A DNA stretch of 64,000 nucleotides from a virus (lineage: Duplodnaviria; Caudoviricetes): IMG/VR virus record IMGVR_UViG_3300009873_000009, positions 8,733 through 72,732 of that record. One strand, given 5' to 3'. The notes beneath the pieces were generated by a model, which saw only the letters and a program-made list of their open reading frames with translations, was not told the origin of the DNA and searched no databases. Shown one piece after another: positions 8,957 to 18,249 of the stretch (its first letter is position 1; the number at the start of each line of letters is the position of its first letter). A program made the position numbers and the translations under genes.

Positions 8957-9286
8957 ATGCCCACGACCATGCGTCCCGTTAGTTCCTTCGAGGAGCTGGA
9001 GGACATGAAGAACAAGGCGGAGCTGCCCTGGTGGATTGTCGTCTCGGCCCCGGTTGGGATGCGAATTCATCTCGCTCCGGGCTCCGCACTATGTGAGCTC
9101 TTTGAAGGAACCAAGGCCAAGGAACGGGCCAACGCCCGCGCGCTGGAGCTGGCCAATCAAGACAGAGAGGTCAGACTTCTCAACGCCAAGGGGTTTGCAT
9201 CCTGGGGTGAGGACTCCGGAGGGGTCTTCAACCAAGACGGCAAGGGCAAGGACGCTTACGACAAAGGCGTCAAGACCGTAGTTTGA
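8957..9286 (+). CDS. hypothetical protein
   Basis: AAGGAG RBS; 109-aa ORF in the + strand operon. Confidence 0.6.
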   Translation: MPTTMRPVSSFEELEDMKNKAELPWWIVVSAPVGMRIHLAPGSALCELFEGTKAKERANARALELANQDREVRLLNAKGFASWGEDSGGVFNQDGKGKDAYDKGVKTVV

Positions 9287-9451
9287 CATGGGGAGCAGAA
9301 GCAAATACCCGCATAAGGCTTGGCCGGGCAGTATGCGGGAATGCCGCGAAAGCAACCCACCGATCCGATATCCTCACCCGACGTCACCTGTGGTGGGACA
9401 GCACCGAATCGGCAAGCGGCGGAAGTACCGACGGCTAAGAAGGAGAAAGCG

Positions 9452-9718
9452 ATGATGGAGGATGACTTAACACCAGACCGCCCGCGACAAGACATCCCCG
9501 AGGAGGAGATCGAGCTTCGCCGACAGGAGGTCTTAGCCAAGGTGAGTCCGTCCAAGCTGTTCGGACGGTCCCGAGCAATGGCAGGGGGCAAACCCCCCTC
9601 CGTTCTCGTCCGGTTCCACTCCTTAGAAGACCGTGAGGCCGTCAAGGAGGCCGCCCACAAGGCGGGGATGTCCCTCAACGCCTATTGCCTGAAGATGCTC
9701 AAGAAGGGAGTGGTGTGA
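9452..9718 (+). CDS. ribbon-helix-helix (Arc/HicB-like) DNA-binding protein
   Basis: C-terminal VLVRFHSLEDREAVKEAAHKAGMSLNAYCLKML; AAGGAG RBS before ATG 9452. Confidence 0.6.
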   Translation: MMEDDLTPDRPRQDIPEEEIELRRQEVLAKVSPSKLFGRSRAMAGGKPPSVLVRFHSLEDREAVKEAAHKAGMSLNAYCLKMLKKGVV

Positions 9719-10638
9719 TGCTAGAACGACTCACCGTCCGCAACTTCCAAGCTCTGCGTTCCTTGTCCATCGAATTCGACAAGGAGGTTACAGTCATTGT
9801 CGGTCCTAACGACCTTGGCAAGACTGCTGTCCTGCGAGCTTTGGAGTGGATTTGCACGAACCAGCCGGGCGGCGAGGAGTTCAAGACAACCGGCAAGAAG
9901 AAGGTCTCGGCGCGACTGGATGTTGACGGGCGGAGGGTGACGCGCCGCCGAGCGCCTGGACGTAATCAGTACCTGCTGGACGGGAAAGACTTCCGCTCGT
10001 TCGGGGCGCGAGTTCCTGACGAGATCGCCAAGGTGCTAAACGTCTCAGACATCAACTTCCAGTCGCAGCACGAGACGGCCTTCTGGCTCTCATCCTCCGC
10101 TGGGGACGTGAGCAAACGTCTGAACGCGATCATCAACCTCGGAGCCATAGACGAGTCCCTGGCCCGCGCTGCTGCCGAGGCCAGGACGGCAAAGACGAAG
10201 CTCGAGGTGTCCCACCAGCGCCTTCAAACTGCCAAGCGGGAACGGAAGGCACTGCTGTGGGCTGAGGAGTTTAAGAAGGACGCGGACCACCTCGAGGAGC
10301 TGCAACGGAGAGCACAGGACAAGCGCGAGGAATGCGAGCGTCTTGCGTTTCTCCTCAAGGAGGCGGGCAAAGCGGCCAAGAAGGCCAGGACGCGAGGACA
10401 ACTAGCGCAAGAAGGTTCAGCGCTCCTGGCCTCCGTGGGTGAGGCGTTGAAGGTCCGGCGGCGAGTCGCCGACCTGGAGATCGTTCTACAAACCATCCAA
10501 GAAGCACAGGAGGAGTTATGCGAAGCGCAAAACAACGTGACCGAATTAAGCGCAAGACTGCGGAAGTCCCTGAATGGACGTTGCCCGATGTGCGGCCAGA
10601 AGACGTCCTCGCTGTGCTGTGTTCCGACCTCCACCTAG
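9718..10638 (+). CDS. Rad50/SbcC/gp46-like ATPase, N-terminal half with zinc hook
   Basis: LTVRNFQ, Walker A GPNDLGKT, Q-loop FQSQHE, coiled coil, C-terminal CPMCG. No Walker B in this ORF. Confidence 0.85.
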   Translation: MLERLTVRNFQALRSLSIEFDKEVTVIVGPNDLGKTAVLRALEWICTNQPGGEEFKTTGKKKVSARLDVDGRRVTRRRAPGRNQYLLDGKDFRSFGARVPDEIAKVLNVSDINFQSQHETAFWLSSSAGDVSKRLNAIINLGAIDESLARAAAEARTAKTKLEVSHQRLQTAKRERKALLWAEEFKKDADHLEELQRRAQDKREECERLAFLLKEAGKAAKKARTRGQLAQEGSALLASVGEALKVRRRVADLEIVLQTIQEAQEELCEAQNNVTELSARLRKSLNGRCPMCGQKTSSLCCVPTST

Positions 10639-11555
10639 ACCATACTCCACCCTTGCTCCGGACCGCGGAGAAAGAGTGGTACGACGTGATGCGACGGCAG
10701 TTGCGGGAGCTTAAAGCAGTCGCTCAGCTGTGCGGCGACGCGCCCATCGTTTGCGCAGGGGACATTGTCCATCGCTGGCAACAACCGCCGGAGCTCATCA
10801 ACTTCATGCTCCAGGAGTTGCCGGATATGTACGCGGTCCGAGGACAACACGATCTGCCGTACCACAGCCACGACCTGATTGAGCGCTCTGCTTATTGGTC
10901 CATGGTCCTGGCCAGGCGCATCACAGACATCTCAGACAAGGGGGTCTACTTGCCTAATGGAGGCTCCCCTATACTGATTATGGGTTGTGCCTATCCTGGT
11001 GAGTTCGGAGACGCTTCGTTCTCGGTGAAACAACACCCAGCGGAGGCCGTGAAACTCGCCGTCGTCCACCGCTACTGCTGGATGACTGGCAACTCCCACG
11101 TGAAAGCGCTTCCGCGAGACAACGCTGGTCGTCAGATCGAACTCCTCAAGAAGTGCGGCTTCACCGCCGCGGTATTCGGCGACAATCACAAAGGTTTTCT
11201 CAAGGTCCAGAAAGGGTTCCATCTCTTCAATTCCGGGACGTTCATCGTCCGCAACTCTGACGAGGTCGGTTACACTCCGCAGATCGGTCTGCTCCTGAAG
11301 GATGGGTCCATCGTCCCTTGGATGCTTGACGTCAGCCAGGACCAGTATCTAGAAGGGTTGGAAGATTTTGACTACATCGAGGCTGAGCAAGTAGGCAGCA
11401 AGGAACTTGCCGAGCTCATTGACCAGTGCGAGTCCAAGGCGGATGGACGGTGGGACTTCCGCGAAGCGGTGCTTACAGCCCTCAAGAAAACCACCAAGAT
11501 CTCCCTGCCTGTGAAGGCTTTCATTCTCCGAGCTCTGGAAGACGTCTCGCGATAG
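10518..11555 (+). CDS. Mre11/SbcD/gp47-like metallophosphoesterase nuclease
   Basis: SDLHL, AGDIVH, RGQHD, VVHRY, FGDNH, NSGT motifs; strong AGGAGGAG RBS before ATG 10518. Confidence 0.88.
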   Translation: MRSAKQRDRIKRKTAEVPEWTLPDVRPEDVLAVLCSDLHLDHTPPLLRTAEKEWYDVMRRQLRELKAVAQLCGDAPIVCAGDIVHRWQQPPELINFMLQELPDMYAVRGQHDLPYHSHDLIERSAYWSMVLARRITDISDKGVYLPNGGSPILIMGCAYPGEFGDASFSVKQHPAEAVKLAVVHRYCWMTGNSHVKALPRDNAGRQIELLKKCGFTAAVFGDNHKGFLKVQKGFHLFNSGTFIVRNSDEVGYTPQIGLLLKDGSIVPWMLDVSQDQYLEGLEDFDYIEAEQVGSKELAELIDQCESKADGRWDFREAVLTALKKTTKISLPVKAFILRALEDVSR

Positions 11556-11565
11556 GACTGCAAGG

Positions 11566-11853
11566 ATGGCGCGGACCGAAGAACAATTTTTTGACGAGCG
11601 CCCGGAGTGGTATGCGACGACTCGGCGGGAGTACGTGTCGGACAATGAGTCCGACCACCACAACTACGTCCCTCAGCCGAGCGAGCTATACCGCCGGGCG
11701 CAGGCGTTGCAATGGCTCAAAACACAGGGCTTCACCGCCCGTGTGACGGGTCTCATTCTCCAGGCAGAGTGTCTCGAGGTTGCTCGGCGGTTGCTCCACC
11801 GGGTCGGGGTCAAGGAGGCAAACAAGCGCCTGCGGGCGTTCCTAATCATATGA
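11566..11853 (+). CDS. hypothetical protein
   Basis: 95-aa ORF in the operon; its stop overlaps the next start. Confidence 0.5.
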   Translation: MARTEEQFFDERPEWYATTRREYVSDNESDHHNYVPQPSELYRRAQALQWLKTQGFTARVTGLILQAECLEVARRLLHRVGVKEANKRLRAFLII

Positions 11854-12098
11854 TGACCGTCAAAGACTTCCAACGACTGACTGCCGAGATCGAGGACGCC
11901 AAGAAGCAGGCGGCCCGGGCCGAGGGTGTAGTCAGTGCCAAGATGGCCGAGCTTCGGAGTGAGTTCGGCTGCAAGACCGTCAAGGAGGGGAAACGGAAGT
12001 TCGAGAAGTTGCTCGCCGAGGCCCAAGAAAGCAACGACGCGGCTGTCGAAGCTCTTGCCAAGTTCCAGGAGAAGTGGCGGGAGGTTCTCAATGACTAA
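11850..12098 (+). CDS. small coiled-coil protein (possible Rad50 complex part)
   Basis: Helical heptad pattern; directly upstream of the Rad50 C-half. Confidence 0.6.
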   Translation: MMTVKDFQRLTAEIEDAKKQAARAEGVVSAKMAELRSEFGCKTVKEGKRKFEKLLAEAQESNDAAVEALAKFQEKWREVLND

Positions 12099-12783
12099 CT
12101 ACCGGAAACTCGCCGACCGGAAAATGGAGGAGCTCCGCTCCGCGAGGCGGGCGGTCAAAGCAGAGAAGGCCGTCCTGTCCCAGGCGCAGCGCGACGTCGA
12201 GGACGCCGCCGAGGCACAGGTCTTTCTACAGCGAGTGGCGCAAGAGGTTCAGCGCTCCGCCCACAAACAAATCTCCGCCGTTGTCACCCGCTGCCTGCGA
12301 GCAGTCGGATACGACTACAAGTTTCGCATCGTCTTCGAACGCAAGCGCGGCAAAACAGACGCCCGCCTGGTGTTCGTTAAAGACGGGCTTCAGCACTCCC
12401 CTTTGAAGTCCAGCGGCGGAGGCGCAGTAGACGTCGGCGCGTTCGCACTGCGGTTGGCGTGTCTTCTCTTCTCGCGCCCGCGGTTGCGACGCCTAATGGT
12501 CTTGGACGAACCCTTCAAGCACGTAGACGCAGGAAGGCGGGTCCGGTTGCGCGTGCTCCTCGAGACTCTGGCCAAGGAGCTGGGAGTGCAGTTCATTATG
12601 GTGACTCACGATCCGGAACTAGAAACCGGAACGATCATCCGACTCGCCAAGAAGCCGGGCGGCGCAGGCATCCTTGGAAGGAGACTAGCGCCTGCGGAGG
12701 GAAGCGCTACCAAGAAACTGAATTCCCCCGGAGACCAATCGCGAGGGGAACCAGCGCCCGCGCCGCCCGGTCTTCCTAACTAA
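12091..12783 (+). CDS. Rad50/SbcC-like ATPase, C-terminal half
   Basis: Coiled coil, then ABC signature SSGGG, Walker B MVLDEPF and H-loop MVTHD. Confidence 0.88.
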   Translation: MTNYRKLADRKMEELRSARRAVKAEKAVLSQAQRDVEDAAEAQVFLQRVAQEVQRSAHKQISAVVTRCLRAVGYDYKFRIVFERKRGKTDARLVFVKDGLQHSPLKSSGGGAVDVGAFALRLACLLFSRPRLRRLMVLDEPFKHVDAGRRVRLRVLLETLAKELGVQFIMVTHDPELETGTIIRLAKKPGGAGILGRRLAPAEGSATKKLNSPGDQSRGEPAPAPPGLPN

Positions 12784-13555
12784 TCGAGAAGTGTTGTCCC
12801 TTGGCAAACCCAGCCAGGAGTGCCGGATAGTCGTACTTCCACTGTGGCTTCAAGTAGAAGTTCCCCATCTTGATCGGCTCGTTCCCTCGCTGGTCCCAAT
12901 GACACTGATGAGGGTTATCTGCGTTGCTGTCTCGGACTCCGCTCAGATGAGACGGCGCGACTCCCCAGCGGTAGAAGTAGTAGATGTGTGACGTCGGAAC
13001 GCGCTCCATTCGCCCGATGTTTCGCATCACTAGCATTTGGTTGAACCGCTGGTCCTCACATCCACTCAGCCCGGAGGGATAGCCGCCGATGGACTCCAGA
13101 ACCTCCTTGTGCCAAAGCGACATGACGTGAGTGTTGCCTGGCGTCTGGACCTCCTGCGCTCGTCCTCCATTCGGGCAGTAGAGGTAGTTCGCTGCCCGCC
13201 ACTCGCTCAACGCCTCGCGCCGATTGAGAGCTGTCAACCGACCCATGCTATAGCTCAGCCGATGAGGCAGATTAATGTCGTCATCATCCCATCGGCACAT
13301 GCAGTCCCCGGTCGCATGCCCGATCATGTCCTGAAGCTTGGCGGACAGGGAAGCGAAGCGATTCGGATAGTTGATCACCCTCACATCCATCCGAGGGACG
13401 TCCAGGTAGATGTTTTGACCCGGCGTGTCGTTGCCGATAATCAGTTCCTTATGTGGCCAGTCCTGACGAATGAAACACTCCACCGCCTCCTCCAGAAGAT
13501 GGAGATGGTTCGGGGCGCGGTTAAACGTCGGCATTAGGCAAGTAACTTTCGTCAT
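12776..13555 (-). CDS. glycosyltransferase family 2
   Basis: VTCLMPTFNR, QDWPHKELIIGND, RWDDDD (DxD), GGYP...EDQ.F. Confidence 0.88.
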   Translation of the reverse strand: MTKVTCLMPTFNRAPNHLHLLEEAVECFIRQDWPHKELIIGNDTPGQNIYLDVPRMDVRVINYPNRFASLSAKLQDMIGHATGDCMCRWDDDDINLPHRLSYSMGRLTALNRREALSEWRAANYLYCPNGGRAQEVQTPGNTHVMSLWHKEVLESIGGYPSGLSGCEDQRFNQMLVMRNIGRMERVPTSHIYYFYRWGVAPSHLSGVRDSNADNPHQCHWDQRGNEPIKMGNFYLKPQWKYDYPALLAGFAKGQHFSIS

Positions 13556-13567
13556 GGCTTGGTCTCC

Positions 13568-13915
13568 TTAGTACCTGGCAACCACCGCCATCCCGGCGGC
13601 TACCATCTGGTCATTGACACACTCCTTATCCCCTAGCTCCGGGTGCACCGGATGGGTGCGCAACACCTTCGCCAGCCATCTTCCATACTTCTCTTTCTTG
13701 TCCTTGATTGTTTGAACGCAGATGGTCCATCCCATCAGCTGCTCCTTGAGCCAGTCCCGGGCGACCGGACCCTGCGGAGTCTTAAGCTCCGGCGCATTGA
13801 TCCCGTACAGCCTTACGGTCTGGTTCCTCATCCAGATCCCGAAGCCGAGGTCGATGTCGATAAGGAGAGTATCCCCATCAATCACCCGCAGCAGGGTTGC
13901 ACGGTATTCGTACAC
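13568..13915 (-). CDS. thermonuclease (staphylococcal nuclease-like)
   Basis: RVIDGDT, VRLYGINAPE, DKKEKYGRWLA, VNDQMVAAGMA; GTG start after GGAG. Confidence 0.88.
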   Translation of the reverse strand: MYEYRATLLRVIDGDTLLIDIDLGFGIWMRNQTVRLYGINAPELKTPQGPVARDWLKEQLMGWTICVQTIKDKKEKYGRWLAKVLRTHPVHPELGDKECVNDQMVAAGMAVVARY

Positions 13916-13917
13916 GG

Positions 13918-15801
13918 CTACTCCTTCCATAGGCCTAAGGGACACTCGGAAACTCGCATCGCCGCCTTGGCATCCAAGAAGCATCCGCAAACACTGCAAC
14001 GGTCATCCAACCGGTGAGGACAGGTGGAGCACGTCTCCAGTCTCCCCCGCAGCACCGATTCGTCTACGTGCCGGAACCCGTCGGCGGCGTGCTTCGCCAT
14101 CGTGCTTGCGAAGTTGCCAGCCATCGTTAAGACATCCGGTAGCTGAGGCTTGTCCTCCGCGAGGCGACCGAGAACCGTCAGTCCGTACTGTTCATTGGAG
14201 TGGTAAACAACGGACCACTCCGGATTGCTTTTCATGAACTCCCGCAGCGCGGTGAGAAGACCAGGCTTGGAACCGTCCTCCCCCTGCTCCGCGTTGGCCT
14301 TGGTGCCGCGGCAGACGATGTAACGCCGGACGTTCGGAGCGAACTTGTTCAATTCCTCCGCCAGCATCTTGTAAGAATGCTTTGAATCGATAAACAGCAT
14401 GTCCGTGTCAACAATGCCCTGGACCTCCGTAGACCAGGCATGGGTGAGGGTGAGACGGGCCGCCGCCCCTTCCATATCAGGGGCCCACTCCTTGAGCTGT
14501 TCCAACGTGTGATCCCGCTCGGCGTTGTACGACACCAGCCACGCCTTGCCGCCCTTGGCAACGGCGTCCGTCAAACCTACATAAAGCGCGACGGTGCTCT
14601 CGCGGCGCTTGGAGAATTCCGTGACGTGACGGCATTGACCGGCCAGCTCCCGCAGCTTCGGCAAATGCTGATTGAGGTCTCGGACGATGCTTTTCATTCC
14701 AAGGTAAAGCTCATCCGGACTGCGAGCTACGGACAGTTTCTCCTCCTGATCCGTCTTGTGACCGCATGAGCCACAAGAAGCTCCCGCCGGCTCCTGGATA
14801 TGGGCTATCGGGTTCTTGACCAGATGGTCCCATTGCTTTTGATCCATCAGACCAGAAGCTACAAAGTGGTCGTGAACTGGTTTCAGGTCAAGCCCGAGCT
14901 CCTGGAATTCGAGCACATAGTTGCGGACCTTCAGATATCGGGAGAGTGGATAGCGAACACCAGCCGGCCGTCCAAAGCGGTGCAGCCACTTGAGGAACGG
15001 CAGGCACATCGCCTTGCCTCCTTGCCTGCGAAACTTCTCGTGAATGTAAAGCTCCTCCCCTCCGAACCCGCGGGCGTGGGGATTGAAGCCGGGCCAGGCG
15101 TCCTTAGTGCAGGAGAACAGCCCAAGGCCTTGTCCTGGGATTTCAAAGGGCGGGTCTGTATCCGCCGCACCGAGACGGACGAACCCCCGCTTCAAAAGCT
15201 CCTGCTCGTGCCCCGGCCATGGAATGGTGAGGACATCCACCACCTGCCCTCCCATCTTGAGGTCTCGAAGAGCAACACAGCCTCCCTGTTCGAAAGTCGA
15301 GACGTGACGCCCCTTCGGAGCCTTCCAAGCCTGTCCCCACGTTCCCCACATTTCCGCCCGCCACTCGTCATTGAAGTGGGTGGTGATGTTGTGCAGTGTA
15401 TCAAACACCAGCGGGCCGTGGTAGATGTTCTTGTCTTGATACTCCTCATTGACATAGAAATCGATGAGGGTTTTCAAAGCCCCGTACTGCAGGAGAACAT
15501 GGCAGTCCATCACGAGCACAGCATCAGCATTCGCATGCCTAAAGATCAAGTCTCGGGATGGGGAGGTGCCGAGATTCCCAGGCAGCGGGACGTACTTCGC
15601 GCCGGCGGTTCCGTCTTTCATCCAAGACTTGGCGTGCTCGGCGATGAGTTTGCCGGCCGGACTCTCCGGCGAGTTATCCACAATCACGAACTCCACCAGC
15701 GGCATCACTTCGCTGTGGAACATCCGCAACGCCTGAACAGTAAAGTAGACGCCGTCATAGTCCTCGTGGTGGGCCATGCCCACCGTCAAAGCCGGTTTCA
15801 T
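13918..15801 (-). CDS. GT-A glycosyltransferase fused to class I SAM methyltransferase-like domain and C-terminal Cys cluster
   Basis: N-terminal VIVDNSP...VLVMDCH and GFGGEE; then DMLFIDSKHSY (Methyltransf_24-like); then CSTCPH....CSVCGC......CPLGLW. Confidence 0.75.
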   Translation of the reverse strand: MKPALTVGMAHHEDYDGVYFTVQALRMFHSEVMPLVEFVIVDNSPESPAGKLIAEHAKSWMKDGTAGAKYVPLPGNLGTSPSRDLIFRHANADAVLVMDCHVLLQYGALKTLIDFYVNEEYQDKNIYHGPLVFDTLHNITTHFNDEWRAEMWGTWGQAWKAPKGRHVSTFEQGGCVALRDLKMGGQVVDVLTIPWPGHEQELLKRGFVRLGAADTDPPFEIPGQGLGLFSCTKDAWPGFNPHARGFGGEELYIHEKFRRQGGKAMCLPFLKWLHRFGRPAGVRYPLSRYLKVRNYVLEFQELGLDLKPVHDHFVASGLMDQKQWDHLVKNPIAHIQEPAGASCGSCGHKTDQEEKLSVARSPDELYLGMKSIVRDLNQHLPKLRELAGQCRHVTEFSKRRESTVALYVGLTDAVAKGGKAWLVSYNAERDHTLEQLKEWAPDMEGAAARLTLTHAWSTEVQGIVDTDMLFIDSKHSYKMLAEELNKFAPNVRRYIVCRGTKANAEQGEDGSKPGLLTALREFMKSNPEWSVVYHSNEQYGLTVLGRLAEDKPQLPDVLTMAGNFASTMAKHAADGFRHVDESVLRGRLETCSTCPHRLDDRCSVCGCFLDAKAAMRVSECPLGLWKE

Positions 15802-15812
15802 CCTTGGTCTCC

Positions 15813-17729
15813 TTAGGAATTAGCACAGGGCATTATCGTTGTCCCGGGAACGGGCCCAGGATCAGGAGGGAAGACGCAATTGCACGGCGGTCCAACAGGC
15901 GTGCAATTGTAGCTGGTGTTGATCCACGCCCCTCCCAGCCACTGGTACTCGCAGTCCCCTCCGCAGGGAGCTGGAGTAGTGGTGGTGGTGGTCGTTGGAC
16001 AAACCGTCGTAGTGGTCGTCGGGGCTACCGTCGTAGGAGCCGAGGTAGTCGTAGTGGTCGGGCAAACAGTAGTAGTGGTGGTGGTCGTTCCTGTTCCGGC
16101 GCACTTCGTATGGGCTATTTCTCCTGGCCAAGGATAGTTCGGGAGGGTGGCGGCGCAGGGGCAGTCCTCCGTGCAAGGGTCTCGCGTTTTCACCCAATCA
16201 TTGCAAGCTCCGCTGAAAACCCAAGTGCACTGATCATCGCAGGGTGACAGTGTAGTGGTCGTTGTGGTGACAGCAGCGGTAGTAGTGGTATTGGCCGAGC
16301 ACGGAACCTCAAAAATCGTTCCATCCGGATAGTCCCCATAGTGACCGGACGGACGCTCACAATGGCAGTCCCCGGAGCACGTGTCTTCTTGCAGCACAAT
16401 GTCATCGCACGCGCTACTTACCTGATACTTACACACCTCGCAAGGAGCCGCGCACGGCGCGCAGGTAGTAGGCTGGGAAGTGGTGCTGTAGCAGCGAGCG
16501 CAGGGACCAGCTGTGGTAGTGGTCCCTCCCGTAGCCACAGTGCAGGGAACGGAGACAGGAACGCACTCGGAACCAGTCTGAGACGGCTGCTCACAGCGGC
16601 AATCGCCTCCGCCCGAGCAGGAATCCGAGGTCTTAATCCAGTTTCCGTCTACATACCAGAAAGAGCAGTCTCCCTGGCACTGTCCAGGTGGAGCGGTGGT
16701 CGAAGCGGTGCAATCCGTGCCGACTTCTTCGCAAGCGTGGGAAGCGTCGCAGGGGGAGCTTGGAGGACCGCAGGCGCACTCCCCATAACCACCAGGGCAG
16801 GGCTCAGTCCCCGTCCAGAACTTAACCCAACTGAAGCTGCCGCCCGCCCCTGGCAAGCACCGCCAATCACAACCGTCGCAGTTCTCGATACCGCCAGTCG
16901 GGTCTGCAGTAGTGGTGGTGTTGCAGTCACAGGTGGTGGTCGTTGTTCCAGGATCAGGGGTCGTACTGGTTGTGGTCGTCGGGCAGTTAGATGGTGGCAG
17001 GTTTATCGTCTGCGAGCATCCTGTCACCGTAATCTCGTTCTGCGTCCGTCCGCAGAAGGTCGGGTAAAGACACAGGCACGGCGCAGGGGTTGTGGTGGTC
17101 GTTGTGGTCCCCGGCCCAGCGGTTGTCGTGCTCGACGTCGTCGTCGGGCAAGGACACTCGGTGGTCGTTGTTGTGGTCGTTGGCTCGGCAGTCGTTGTCG
17201 TAGTGGTGTTGGCGCACGTGCTGGCGTACAGCGACCACTGCTCTTCGTACTCCTGCCAGGTCCAGGTGCAGAAGCCGGCGCAAGGATTCGGCGGCGCGGG
17301 CGGAAGAGTCGTTGTAGTGGTATAGCCTGCGTGGGGACGCTCACAAATCCACCGGCCGTACTTCTCACGCTCAACTCGGAACCAACCTTGTGTGTAATAC
17401 AACGGCTGGTCATAGATGTTATAGATCTCACGGCGCAGGTAAGACCCGTCGTCCGTGCGCATGGGACGAACAACGTAGTCCTGCTCGTCGTCATCCCATG
17501 CGATAATGGAGATGCAGCACTCCCGAGACCCTGGAATGTTGCCAACCCGTGCAGGGATATGCTCACCGATTGGCAGGTGGGCGACGTAGACTTCGGGCGC
17601 CATCTCAGGAGTCCGCTTTCCGGACTCCCGGCCTTGGCTGGGAGCTGCTCGGCGCTCCCGCTGCATGAGGTCTTTGATGGCTTGAAGGGCTTCCTCAGTG
17701 AGGACGTAGCCCTCTTTCGAAGTGGCCAT
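15813..17729 (-). CDS. Cys/Thr-rich repeat protein, probable tail tip/fibre-associated
   Basis: About six C-x2/3-C-x-W...W...C-x-C-x-P modules separated by poly-Thr linkers; at the distal end of the tail operon. Confidence 0.7.
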   Translation of the reverse strand: MATSKEGYVLTEEALQAIKDLMQRERRAAPSQGRESGKRTPEMAPEVYVAHLPIGEHIPARVGNIPGSRECCISIIAWDDDEQDYVVRPMRTDDGSYLRREIYNIYDQPLYYTQGWFRVEREKYGRWICERPHAGYTTTTTLPPAPPNPCAGFCTWTWQEYEEQWSLYASTCANTTTTTTAEPTTTTTTTECPCPTTTSSTTTAGPGTTTTTTTPAPCLCLYPTFCGRTQNEITVTGCSQTINLPPSNCPTTTTSTTPDPGTTTTTCDCNTTTTADPTGGIENCDGCDWRCLPGAGGSFSWVKFWTGTEPCPGGYGECACGPPSSPCDASHACEEVGTDCTASTTAPPGQCQGDCSFWYVDGNWIKTSDSCSGGGDCRCEQPSQTGSECVPVSVPCTVATGGTTTTAGPCARCYSTTSQPTTCAPCAAPCEVCKYQVSSACDDIVLQEDTCSGDCHCERPSGHYGDYPDGTIFEVPCSANTTTTAAVTTTTTTLSPCDDQCTWVFSGACNDWVKTRDPCTEDCPCAATLPNYPWPGEIAHTKCAGTGTTTTTTTVCPTTTTTSAPTTVAPTTTTTVCPTTTTTTTPAPCGGDCEYQWLGGAWINTSYNCTPVGPPCNCVFPPDPGPVPGTTIMPCANS

Positions 17730-17732
17730 AGG

Positions 17733-18239
17733 CTACCGCGGCGAGACGAACAGGGAAATCCGAGTGGGACGCTCCATCGCTTTGAGATAGACGTTGACTC
17801 CGGGACGGAGCTCGACAGCCATGAACCGGCCCGGACGCACCACCAGTGGGACGTCGTCGGCCGCCTCCTCCGTGCCGAAGCCAACCAAAATGACCTGCTT
17901 GGTCAGGCGCTCACGCTCCTCGGCCGAGGGGTTGACCGCCATGCCAAGCCCCGCCCGGTTCTCGATGGCGATGAAGCCCGGGTTCGTCACCCACTGCATA
18001 TCCAACCGCTGCCACTCCGTAGGGATCAGCAGCTTGCGGATGTACGGTTCTCCTCCCTCCTCGAGGAGAGCGCTGAACTGGTGAGCAGCTGATGTCGGTT
18101 GCTCGCCATACAGCTCGTGATTGACCGTCACCGTGGCGGTGAGTCTGTCCTTGCGGACTTGGTCTTGTCTGATCTCGACCGGGCGCGCAAGTGCCCGCAA
18201 CGCCTCCTCGGTCTCCGTCAGTGTTGGCTGCCTTCCCAT
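17733..18239 (-). CDS. hypothetical tail-region protein
   Basis: 168-aa ORF tightly packed in the tail operon. Confidence 0.6.
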   Translation of the reverse strand: MGRQPTLTETEEALRALARPVEIRQDQVRKDRLTATVTVNHELYGEQPTSAAHQFSALLEEGGEPYIRKLLIPTEWQRLDMQWVTNPGFIAIENRAGLGMAVNPSAEERERLTKQVILVGFGTEEAADDVPLVVRPGRFMAVELRPGVNVYLKAMERPTRISLFVSPR

Positions 18240-18249
18240 GATTGGTCTC

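Noticed and set aside
9283-9311. TTGACA perfect -35 box
   Set aside because: No acceptable -10 hexamer at 16-18 bp spacing.
12905-12912. CTGATGAG hammerhead-like core
   Set aside because: It lies antisense within the GT2 gene, with no correctly placed GAAA and no three-stem junction nearby.
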